Below are positions 31,632 to 39,299 of a DNA stretch of 60,651 nt, piece after piece. The notes below the pieces were generated by a model that was not told the origin of the DNA, did not search any database, and worked only from the letters and a program-made list of their open reading frames with translations. The stretch covers positions 80,722 through 141,372 of the forward strand of contig DATIHL010000011.1 in assembly GCA_035480715.1 (NCBI GenBank), written 5' to 3'. The translations under genes and the position numbers were made by a program. Origin of the DNA: Candidatus Saccharimonadales bacterium. GTDB taxonomy: Bacteria; Patescibacteriota; Saccharimonadia; Saccharimonadales; UBA10212. Each line of letters starts with the position of its first letter. The first letter of the stretch is position 1.

Positions 31632-31720
31632 CCTTTAATCTGGTGCAGAGTGGTTGCTGAAGCTAGGATGCTACTATTTAAGTGTTCTACGGCTTGTTAG
31701 TAAACTGACCCAGTTTAAAT

Positions 31721-32116
31721 CTATTTAGACTTATCCTTCATCGCCTTAAGACTTGCTTTCACGAGTTTCACAACAAGAGTCACGGGGATTTCTTTATCCG
31801 TTGGAAAGCTAACAATGGCTGTTGTTGTCGCGTAATTTGCAAGTTCCTCTTTATGATCTTGTATCACCGGAGGCCATACGTGCAGACGCACAAAGGGATT
31901 TTTATAACTAAACCATACGAACATGCCATTGTATGCGTAGTTTCCACCATAAAAATAACCCGGCATTTGAAAGTAGCTAACCGTCTCGACAGCATCGGGC
32001 GCAACTTGTCTTATTGCCATTCGGATACTTTTCAATTTATCTTGGATATCTTTAGGACACTTGGCTATATACTCATCTACGCCGCCTGGTTTAATTTCAG
32101 ATTTCTTTTTTGCCAT
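31721..32116 (-). CDS. DUF1801/YdhG-like protein
   Basis: VDEYIA...IRQVAPDAVETVSYFQMPGY...FPTDKEIP..LVVKLVK; likely start MAKKK. Confidence 0.8.
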   Translation of the reverse strand: MAKKKSEIKPGGVDEYIAKCPKDIQDKLKSIRMAIRQVAPDAVETVSYFQMPGYFYGGNYAYNGMFVWFSYKNPFVRLHVWPPVIQDHKEELANYATTTAIVSFPTDKEIPVTLVVKLVKASLKAMKDKSK

Positions 32117-32237
32117 AATATTACTCAAATATTGATTATATGATTCTAACGTACCTAATGCTCCATAAAAAACAGTTACAAAATCCATGGTGCAGGGTCA
32201 TGTACGAAGTAGGAACTCTGTGGTGGTTGAGCGCAAG

Positions 32238-32513
32238 CTACGCGGCTGAACTTTCATCGGAATAGTGCTCTTCTCTCTCTATGTTTTGCTGGTTAGCCCA
32301 CGCACCTAATTCTAGTAGTCCGCTCGCTGCTGCAAGTCCTACTGCAATTACCGTCTTTCTGGGACTGTCGACTGCTGCTTCGACGACGCCGGCCCCTGCG
32401 AGAGCCGTAACAGCTAAAACGTGCATTGAGTCTCCGGCAAAGCGACAGGCCTCAACATAGCCCGAGCCACCGTAAAGCAGGTCTAAACCTTTCCCAACAT
32501 ATCCCATATCCAA
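32238..32513 (-). CDS. Small hydrophobic hypothetical protein
   Basis: 91-aa ORF with two Ala/Gly-rich hydrophobic segments, just downstream of tRNA-Tyr. Confidence 0.5.
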   Translation of the reverse strand: MDMGYVGKGLDLLYGGSGYVEACRFAGDSMHVLAVTALAGAGVVEAAVDSPRKTVIAVGLAAASGLLELGAWANQQNIEREEHYSDESSAA

Positions 32514-32553
32514 ATTATAACAGGCATTCTAATGCTCACAGTGCTTTAGTCTG

Positions 32554-32639
32554 TGGTGCTGGGGGAGGGATTCGAACCCCCGAAGGCGAATGCCATCTGA
32601 TTTACAGTCAGACGTGTTTGACCGCTTCACTACCCCAGC
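32554..32639 (-). tRNA. tRNA-Tyr(GTA)
   Basis: Acceptor GCTGGGG/CCCCAGC, loop CTGTAAA, long variable arm, GTTCGAA, encoded CCA. Confidence 0.96.
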
Positions 32640-32653
32640 ATTAAAACTTAACT

Positions 32654-32730
32654 TGGAGCCGACGAGCGGATTCGAACCGCTGACCCGCTGTTTACAAAAC
32701 AGCCGCTCTGACCAACTGAGCTACGTCGGC
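32654..32730 (-). tRNA. tRNA-Thr(TGT)
   Basis: Acceptor GCCGACG/CGTCGGC, anticodon loop TTTGTAA, CCA end. Confidence 0.96.
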
Positions 32731-32795
32731 GACCTCTGAAAGTCTATCAAATTAACAGATAAGAATCAACGCGATATATGATATAGTGGGCTCAA

Positions 32796-33836
32796 ATGGA
32801 TGAGCAGGTAGAGAAGCTAAAAAGTTTATTAAATTCGGCTCAGAGAATTCTTATTACTTCGCATATTTCGCCAGATCCTGATGCTGTTTCGTCGATGCTC
32901 CTACTCGGTACAACTCTAAAAGAAAACTTTCCAGAAAAGGAAATATCGATGGCACTCGAGGAAGAGCCAGAAAGGCTGGAGTTCTTAGGTGGCTATCCCA
33001 AAATTGCGTTCCAGCCACTCTATAACTGTCTAGAAAATTTGCAGCCTGACTTATTGATACTAGTAGATGCTAACAATTACAAGAGGTGCTCTAGACAGCA
33101 GAGCGAAGATATCCGGACGATAATTCAATCAAAATCGATTAAAACCGCAGTTATTGATCACCACGAGCCTGACGACAAAGAGGAAACGGATATTTATATT
33201 AATCAAAAAAGTATTGCAACAGTCCAAGATATTTTTGAAGTTTGTTTTAACCACCTCGAGCTAAACAAGCCAGTTGGGTATTCAGAAACGACGATGGTGG
33301 GGCTCTACTCTGATAGCGGCGGATTTGTATATGATAATCCGCGTCATAAAGCCACATTTAAAATTGTCAACGAACTTTTAGACGCTGGAGTCAGTCTGGA
33401 AAACGTAAACCATCGTTTAAATAATTTCACAGATGATCACTTGGCTGTCCTATCAGAGCTTTTTATTAACCTCTCCCACAGCGATGACTATAATTTTACT
33501 TTTGTAAGTGATGGTTTTACTCATGAATGGGCGAAAAGCGGAAAGGATCCTAGTGCTATCCAAAGTGCGTGCGGACATTTCGTAGATCAATACTTACGCA
33601 ACATCGAAAATCGATATTGGGGTTTTGTTATTAGGCCAGACCCAATAGCTGGCCCAAAGCACTATTCTGTGTCGTTTCGCTCTACCGGTGGCAAAATGAA
33701 CGTAGCTGCAATTGCTAAAAGAGTCGGCGGCGGAGGTCACAAGCCATCAGCTGGAGCAAAATTTGAGGCTAGTGATATTGAAGACGCAATAAAAAAGGTT
33801 AAGCAGGCAATTTCTGGAGCCGTTGACGAGGATTGA
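32796..33836 (+). CDS. DHH/DHHA1 phosphoesterase (NrnA-like)
   Basis: HISPDPDA, IDHH, DSGGF, SFRS, GGGGH. Confidence 0.93.
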   Translation: MDEQVEKLKSLLNSAQRILITSHISPDPDAVSSMLLLGTTLKENFPEKEISMALEEEPERLEFLGGYPKIAFQPLYNCLENLQPDLLILVDANNYKRCSRQQSEDIRTIIQSKSIKTAVIDHHEPDDKEETDIYINQKSIATVQDIFEVCFNHLELNKPVGYSETTMVGLYSDSGGFVYDNPRHKATFKIVNELLDAGVSLENVNHRLNNFTDDHLAVLSELFINLSHSDDYNFTFVSDGFTHEWAKSGKDPSAIQSACGHFVDQYLRNIENRYWGFVIRPDPIAGPKHYSVSFRSTGGKMNVAAIAKRVGGGGHKPSAGAKFEASDIEDAIKKVKQAISGAVDED

Positions 33837-33889
33837 ACTCGTGACCCCCTCCTTACCATGGAGGTGCTCTACCACTGAGCTACAACGGC
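33815..33889 (-). tRNA. tRNA-Thr(GGT)
   Basis: Acceptor GCCGTTG/CAACGGC, anticodon loop ATGGTAA, CCA end. Confidence 0.95.
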
Positions 33890-33958
33890 ATAAACTTAAT
33901 TGTATCAAAGCGTTAGATATTGCACTCTAATCTGTTATAATACTGGCAAAGGAACATT

Positions 33959-34159
33959 ATGGCTAAGAAAAGCGACAAACGAAAGATTGTTGGATTGGTA
34001 TGCGAAGCTTGCAAGCAGCGCCACTATTACACGTCTAAAAACACTATAAATACACCTGATAAGGCTGAATTTAAAAAATATTGTCCTGTTAAGCGGGTTT
34101 ATGCAATGCAGGTTGAGACCAAGAAGAATCTTGGGCGCAATGTCGTGCCCACTCGCTAG
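33959..34159 (+). CDS. rpmG: 50S ribosomal protein L33
   Basis: LVCEAC..HYYTSKN..PDK..KKYCP; TGTTATAAT promoter upstream. Confidence 0.93.
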   Translation: MAKKSDKRKIVGLVCEACKQRHYYTSKNTINTPDKAEFKKYCPVKRVYAMQVETKKNLGRNVVPTR

Positions 34160-34208
34160 TTTGTAGGTGCGATTTATGTTATTTTTAAGGTGTTAGGTGC
34201 TTTAACGG

Positions 34209-34285
34209 AGGAGTGTAGCTCAGTTGGCTAGAGCGTCGGTCTCCAAAACCGAAGGCCGGGGGTTCAATTCCCTCCACTCCTGCCA
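34209..34285 (+). tRNA. tRNA-Trp(CCA)
   Basis: Acceptor AGGAGTG/CACTCCT, loop CTCCAAA, CCA end; canonical rpmG-trnW-secE neighbourhood. Confidence 0.96.
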
Positions 34286-34334
34286 GTGATATTTCATTTT
34301 AAGATACTCCTTCAAGGCGTTAATATTATAAGTA

Positions 34335-34994
34335 ATGAATAAAATCAGCTTAAGTAAACCGGTGCTTATATGTTTCTATGGCTACCCTGGCTCTGGTAAG
34401 AGTTATATAGCCCGTAATATGGAAGAAGTTCTACCGGCTGCCCGGGTCAGTGCCGATCGTATAAGGCACGAACTCTTTAATCAGCCGCGTTACGACGCTC
34501 AAGAGAATGCTATAGTAGCGCACTTAATGAACTATATTACCGAGGAATTTCTTCGCGCCGGGGTAAGTGTCATCTACGATACCAATGCTATGAGACTCGG
34601 ACAACGCCGCAGATTAAGGGAACTAGCCAGACATCATAAAGCCGAATATCTACTAGTTTGGCTGCAGACAGATCCGGAAAATGCCTTCATACGTACACAG
34701 AGACGCGACAGGCGCACTCAAGATGATAAATATTCTGAAGAGCAAACCAAAGCCACATTCGAGCGTCAAATGGGTGGGATGCAAAATCCCGACGGTGAAG
34801 ACTACATTGTAGTTAGCGGCAAACACTCTTTTGTTACTCAAAAAGGCGCTATTTTAAACCGATTGTATCAAATCGGTTTGGTCAGTGGGAACGTTGTGCA
34901 GAGCAATGTGACAAAACCAGGCCTAGTTAACCTTGTGCCAAATCCTCACGCCGGGCGCGTGGATTTAAACCGGCGCAATATAAATATTTACTAA
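34335..34994 (+). CDS. P-loop kinase (AAA_33 / polynucleotide kinase-like)
   Basis: GYPGSGKS, SADRIR, VIYDTN, lid R..RR. Confidence 0.85.
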   Translation: MNKISLSKPVLICFYGYPGSGKSYIARNMEEVLPAARVSADRIRHELFNQPRYDAQENAIVAHLMNYITEEFLRAGVSVIYDTNAMRLGQRRRLRELARHHKAEYLLVWLQTDPENAFIRTQRRDRRTQDDKYSEEQTKATFERQMGGMQNPDGEDYIVVSGKHSFVTQKGAILNRLYQIGLVSGNVVQSNVTKPGLVNLVPNPHAGRVDLNRRNINIY

Positions 34995-34995
34995 T

Positions 34996-35703
34996 ATGGC
35001 GCAGCGCCGGGTATCAGTACCAGAAATTGGCGAAGTGGTACTCGCTAAACGTAGAGGTAGTACCAATATGCGCCTGAGCATAAATGCGAGCGGGCAAGTT
35101 CGGGTTGGAATGCCGTATTGGACGCCCTATGAGGCGGGGCTGGTTTTTATTAAAAGCAAGAAGAGCTGGATTCAACAACAGCTTGTTACTCATGCTCCAA
35201 GCGAGCTTAGAAATGGCAGCCGGATAGGCAAAGCTCACCGATTAATTTTCTACAGGAGCAATTCAAGCAATGGTTTAGCTAATGTCCGTATTACTGCCAC
35301 GACCATAGAGATTAGAACTAGCTTGGATCCATCAGATGCGAGAGTACAGAATCGAGCACTAAAAGCTTGCGAAGAAGCCCTGAAAATGGAGGCCAAGCAG
35401 CTATTGCCTATTAGAGTTAAGGCAATTAGCTCCAAAAACCAGCTTGAATACAATGATTTAAAAATACGTAAACTGACTTCAAGATGGGGCAGCTGCTCAA
35501 CCAATAAAGTGATTAGCCTCAGCTATTTTCTAATCCAGCTTCCTTGGGAGTTGATAGACTACGTGATATTACACGAGCTAGCCCATACCAGATTTCTAAA
35601 CCATAGCCGAGATTTTTGGGAATTTATGGAACGAAACTTACCAAACGTACGAGAGCTAAGAAAGCTGATAAAGGACCATAAACCGCGCGTAGAAGTTCTC
35701 TAG
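34996..35703 (+). CDS. YgjP/DUF45 (SprT-like) zinc metallohydrolase
   Basis: SRWGSCS, DYVILHELAH, NHSRDFW. Confidence 0.9.
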   Translation: MAQRRVSVPEIGEVVLAKRRGSTNMRLSINASGQVRVGMPYWTPYEAGLVFIKSKKSWIQQQLVTHAPSELRNGSRIGKAHRLIFYRSNSSNGLANVRITATTIEIRTSLDPSDARVQNRALKACEEALKMEAKQLLPIRVKAISSKNQLEYNDLKIRKLTSRWGSCSTNKVISLSYFLIQLPWELIDYVILHELAHTRFLNHSRDFWEFMERNLPNVRELRKLIKDHKPRVEVL

Positions 35704-35719
35704 ATTCTTGGTAATGTGC

Positions 35720-35783
35720 TTGCCATATCTGTTGATGTTTGTTAAACTTGACAACAACGACCTACTCTTAAGAGTAGGTTTTA
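35720..35783 (+). promoter_or_regulatory. secE promoter and 20-bp perfect palindrome
   Basis: TTGCCA(35720)-17 nt-TAAACT(35743) with TG extension; ACCTACTCTTAAGAGTAGGT at 35760-35779. Confidence 0.6.
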
Positions 35784-35807
35784 ATATAACAAGACTCGAG
35801 AGCAGAG

Positions 35808-36215
35808 ATGGCAAATGATTCTTCTGGGCGCAGAAAGCCGCGTATAAGAAAAGCGGCTCCTACTGTACGTGAGCAGGTAGAAGCTTCTAAGCAATCGGAG
35901 AATGAACCAAAACAGCGATCAGAGGCAGCCACTGGGCTTATAAGTAAAGTTTTTTTGACCGTTGCTAAAGTCATAAAGCCGATCTTGCGCCCGCTAGCTC
36001 CAATCGGCAGATGGCTCAAGATAATCCTAAGCTGGTTATTGCCAAGGTACTTTATAAACGCTTGGCGGGAAGTGCGGCAAGTTACGTGGCCTAATAGACG
36101 GGAGACATGGCGCCTTACTGGAGCAGTCTTTGTCTTCGCGGTAGTTTTTGGCGGCTTAGTGGCTGCGGTCGATAAGGGCTTGGACGAACTATTCAAGAAA
36201 GTAATTCTTAAGTAA
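35808..36215 (+). CDS. secE: Preprotein translocase SecE
   Basis: EVRQVTWPNRRE followed by a TM helix; upstream of nusG. Confidence 0.93.
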   Translation: MANDSSGRRKPRIRKAAPTVREQVEASKQSENEPKQRSEAATGLISKVFLTVAKVIKPILRPLAPIGRWLKIILSWLLPRYFINAWREVRQVTWPNRRETWRLTGAVFVFAVVFGGLVAAVDKGLDELFKKVILK

Positions 36216-36224
36216 GGAAGCATA

Positions 36225-36767
36225 GTGGTAAAACGTTACGATTCATCTAAGCAATGGTATGCCATCCATACGTACTCAGGATACGAAGAGAAGGTGGCTG
36301 AAAGCATTCGTCAGCGGGCCGAATCGCTGGATATGGGTGACAAAATATTCCAGGTCCTAGTGCCAAAAGAGAAGATGATCGAGATCAAAAACGGCAAGCG
36401 CAAAGTGGTAGAAAAGCGAATCTTCCAGGGCTATGTATTGGTAGAGATGAAAATGAGCGAAGATGCGTGGTACATTGTGCGCAATACACCAAACGTTACA
36501 GGTTTTGTGGGTACGGGCGCAGAACCTACTCCACTTGCAGAGGACGAGATCAATAAGATCATGAAACGTATGGGCCGCGAAGAACCCAAACACAAATTTG
36601 ATTACGCAGTTGGTGAAGTGGTCAATATCGTTGACGGGCCATTTAAAGGTTTTGATGGCGCTATAAATGAAATCGATGCTCAAAAAGGCAAGCTGAAAGT
36701 GTTAGTTAATATGTTCGGTCGCGAAACTCCAGTAGAGCTTGATGGACTTCAGGTTAAGAGAGTCTAA
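36225..36767 (+). CDS. nusG: Transcription factor NusG
   Basis: WYAIHTYSGYE, GYVLVEM, DGPF, MFGRETPVEL. Confidence 0.99.
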   Translation: MVKRYDSSKQWYAIHTYSGYEEKVAESIRQRAESLDMGDKIFQVLVPKEKMIEIKNGKRKVVEKRIFQGYVLVEMKMSEDAWYIVRNTPNVTGFVGTGAEPTPLAEDEINKIMKRMGREEPKHKFDYAVGEVVNIVDGPFKGFDGAINEIDAQKGKLKVLVNMFGRETPVELDGLQVKRV

Positions 36768-36769
36768 AT

Positions 36770-37198
36770 ATGGCTAAAGAAGTTAGAGGATCGTTGAAGA
36801 TGAAAGTCCGCGGCGGCCAAGCCAGCGCCGCGCCACCTGTTGGATCAACGCTCGGCCAATACGGTGTAAATATGATGGATTTTATAAACCCATTTAATGA
36901 ACAGACCAAAGACCGCATGGGCCAGATGCTTACTGTTCACATAACTATTTACGACGATCGCACGATGGACTGGCGAGTTGTGGGAACACCTACGGACGAG
37001 TTAATTCTAGCTGCCCTTAAGGTGGATAAAGGTTCTGGTGAACCAAATAAAGAGAAGCTGGAAAAGAAATTATCAAAATCCCAGCTTAAAGAGATTGCCG
37101 AATTCAAAGCGGTTGATATGAACACAGACGATGTCGAGGCAATTATGAAAATGGTTGCAGGTACCGCCCGTAGTATGGGCGTAGAAGTAGAGGAGTAA
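36770..37198 (+). CDS. rplK: 50S ribosomal protein L11
   Basis: APPVGSTLGQ, GTARSMGV. Confidence 0.98.
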   Translation: MAKEVRGSLKMKVRGGQASAAPPVGSTLGQYGVNMMDFINPFNEQTKDRMGQMLTVHITIYDDRTMDWRVVGTPTDELILAALKVDKGSGEPNKEKLEKKLSKSQLKEIAEFKAVDMNTDDVEAIMKMVAGTARSMGVEVEE

Positions 37199-37200
37199 AT

Positions 37201-37527
37201 ATGACAACCAATGGTTTTGAAGCAGATTTAACGATTGATCCGGCACTAGATAAGGCTATGAGAGCTATAGACATTGCGCCTGGCTTGGATAAATATATTC
37301 CACCTCATCTACTACCTGGTTGTCTAGGTATATGTGCAACTAGCGGCGAGCTAACAATTGTAGAGGTTGATAGAGATGGTCGTTCAAATCTCTTGGGCAT
37401 TGTCGAAGGTGGGCCTAGAAATATGGGTCTGATGTTGGTGCATAGAGTTGGTAGAGCGCCTGATGCTGAGCCACAGTATAAGCACGATGAGACACTACCA
37501 TATGACGGTAATATCTCATTCCCTTAA
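37201..37527 (+). CDS. Hypothetical 108-aa ORFan between rplK and rplA
   Basis: ATG 2 nt after the rplK stop, with GAGGAG SD overlapping the rplK end. Confidence 0.7.
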   Translation: MTTNGFEADLTIDPALDKAMRAIDIAPGLDKYIPPHLLPGCLGICATSGELTIVEVDRDGRSNLLGIVEGGPRNMGLMLVHRVGRAPDAEPQYKHDETLPYDGNISFP

Positions 37528-37546
37528 GCGCTTAAATTAATGATAA

Positions 37547-37578
37547 TTGTGGGAGGCTAAACGCCGCTCGGACCACAA
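37547..37578 (+). promoter_or_regulatory. L1-binding autoregulatory RNA hairpin upstream of rplA
   Basis: TTGTGGGAGGCTAAACGCCGCTCGGACCACAA resembles the GUGGGAG...ACCAC L1 operator found between rplK and rplA in Firmicutes; abuts the AAGGAG SD. Confidence 0.75.
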
Positions 37579-37589
37579 AGGAGTAAATC

Positions 37590-38528
37590 ATGGCAGAAGC
37601 CAAAAAATCAGACAAAAAAGTCCAAAAAGCTGTAAAGGATGACGCTAAAGAAGAGATTGTTGAGACTGTTGAAGTTGAAGTCACCCCCGAAGATCCAAAA
37701 ACTACAGCTAAAGCTGGCAAGCGCAGTGCAAAAGCCACCCGAGAAGCTGAAGAGAAAGAAGTTAAAGAAGAGCGGAAAAAAGCTACCTCAGACAAGAAAA
37801 CCGCACCACAGAAAGCCAAAACACAGAAGAAACCACCGCGGAGTCGACTAGAACGTGCCGGCAAGAAATACCGAGAAGTGTCTAAACAAATTGAAGCCGG
37901 TAAAACTTATAATCTAGTCGAGGCTGTTGATTTGGCCACTAAAACATCCACCGCGAAGTTCGACGCCACAGTCGAGCTACATATTAACTTGGCGGTTGAT
38001 CCCAAACAAGCAGACCAAAACGTCCGCGATATTGTTGCTCTGCCGCATGGCACTGGTAAATCATCCAAAATTGCAGTGTTTGCCGAGGGTGATGATATAG
38101 ATAAGGCTAAAGTGGCCGGTGCCGACATTGTTGGCGGTGATGACTTTCTTGCAGCGTTAGATAAAGAGCAGATAGAATTTGACATCCTTATCTCGACCCC
38201 CAACCTAATGCCCCAACTCGGTAAATATGCAAAGCTACTGGGTCCTAAGGGACTCATGCCTAATCCAAAAAGCGGCACAATCACCACAGATGTAGCTAAA
38301 GCCGTCAAAGAGGCTAAGGGCGGCCGTGTTGAATTTAGAGTCGATCAAGCTGGAATCATTCATTTAGGCATTGGCAAAGCTAGCTTTGGGCCGCAAAAGT
38401 TGTTAGAAAACGCCCAAGCCGTAGTGACAAGTATTAGAGCGGCTAAGCCAGCGAGTGTTAAGGGTGTATATGTTAAATCTGCGTATGTCACCACTACCAT
38501 GGGTCCGAGCGTCAAAACGGAATTATAG
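37590..38528 (+). CDS. rplA: 50S ribosomal protein L1 with long charged N-terminal extension
   Basis: KFDATVE, LPHGTGK, LGPKGLMPNPKSGT, TTMGP. Confidence 0.99.
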   Translation: MAEAKKSDKKVQKAVKDDAKEEIVETVEVEVTPEDPKTTAKAGKRSAKATREAEEKEVKEERKKATSDKKTAPQKAKTQKKPPRSRLERAGKKYREVSKQIEAGKTYNLVEAVDLATKTSTAKFDATVELHINLAVDPKQADQNVRDIVALPHGTGKSSKIAVFAEGDDIDKAKVAGADIVGGDDFLAALDKEQIEFDILISTPNLMPQLGKYAKLLGPKGLMPNPKSGTITTDVAKAVKEAKGGRVEFRVDQAGIIHLGIGKASFGPQKLLENAQAVVTSIRAAKPASVKGVYVKSAYVTTTMGPSVKTEL

Positions 38529-38583
38529 TTTGCGACAAGTTTACAACAGCATTAGAATATTTTAAAAGGAGTCAATAGGGCAC

Positions 38584-39297
38584 ATGGGGGTTTATAGCAA
38601 CAAACAGATCCGCGAAGCCATAAAAGACGGTCATATTGTATGCACGCCTTTCAACGCCAGACATGTAGCCCATGCTAGCTTAGACGTTACACTTGGACAG
38701 TACTATTATCGGACTGAGCGCTCTAAAAATCGTCCGGTTTATAATCCCTTTGATGAGCTAGATGTCAAAAGATACTTCGGCGATAGCTTGGTAGCCGTGC
38801 CGCATAAAAAATGGTGCGATGATAACGGTGTCAAAGAACTTAATGGGGTTCCGCGCAATCATCCGGTTATTCCGGTACGTCCAGGTGAGCGAATTTTGAC
38901 ACACACCCACGAGTTTTTTGGTATTTTGCCACCCGGGGCATGCGAGATCAAGTCGCGCTCAAGCTGGGGACGTAGTGGTATAGCCGTCAGTTTTGATGCG
39001 GGCTGGGTGGATCCTGGTTATATAAATCGTCTTACGCTAGAAGTTTTTAATCTGAATAAAAGTGAAATAGTTCTATTGCCGGTTGGTGAGCGGATCGCCC
39101 AGGTCATTTTTCACCAAACTGGAGAAGTTATCGGCAATTATGGCGCCGGACGTCATGGCGGCTTTAGCGGTAAATACCAAAGCGGGACTGATTTAAAAGA
39201 TCTCATCAGAAACTGGCGACCGGAATTGATGCTGCCACGCGCTTACTTAGACAAACGCTCTTTGCCGAAGCGGATTAAAGGGCTGAAAGCCCTTTAG
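38584..39297 (+). CDS. dcd: dCTP deaminase family protein
   Basis: ASLDVTLG, SRSSWGR, VDPGY, TLE, GERIAQ. Confidence 0.88.
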   Translation: MGVYSNKQIREAIKDGHIVCTPFNARHVAHASLDVTLGQYYYRTERSKNRPVYNPFDELDVKRYFGDSLVAVPHKKWCDDNGVKELNGVPRNHPVIPVRPGERILTHTHEFFGILPPGACEIKSRSSWGRSGIAVSFDAGWVDPGYINRLTLEVFNLNKSEIVLLPVGERIAQVIFHQTGEVIGNYGAGRHGGFSGKYQSGTDLKDLIRNWRPELMLPRAYLDKRSLPKRIKGLKAL

Positions 39298-39299
39298 CT

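Noticed and set aside
31632..31720. Integron attC-like start (CTAACAAG on the minus strand) after the DUF1801 gene
   Set aside because: No matching GTTRRRY end or extended palindrome, and no integrase; the local TAAACTG/CAGTTTA stem is more likely a terminator.
32426..32644. 72-aa ORF over tRNA-Tyr (likewise 55556-55738 over tRNA-Gln)
   Set aside because: Antisense translations of tRNA genes.
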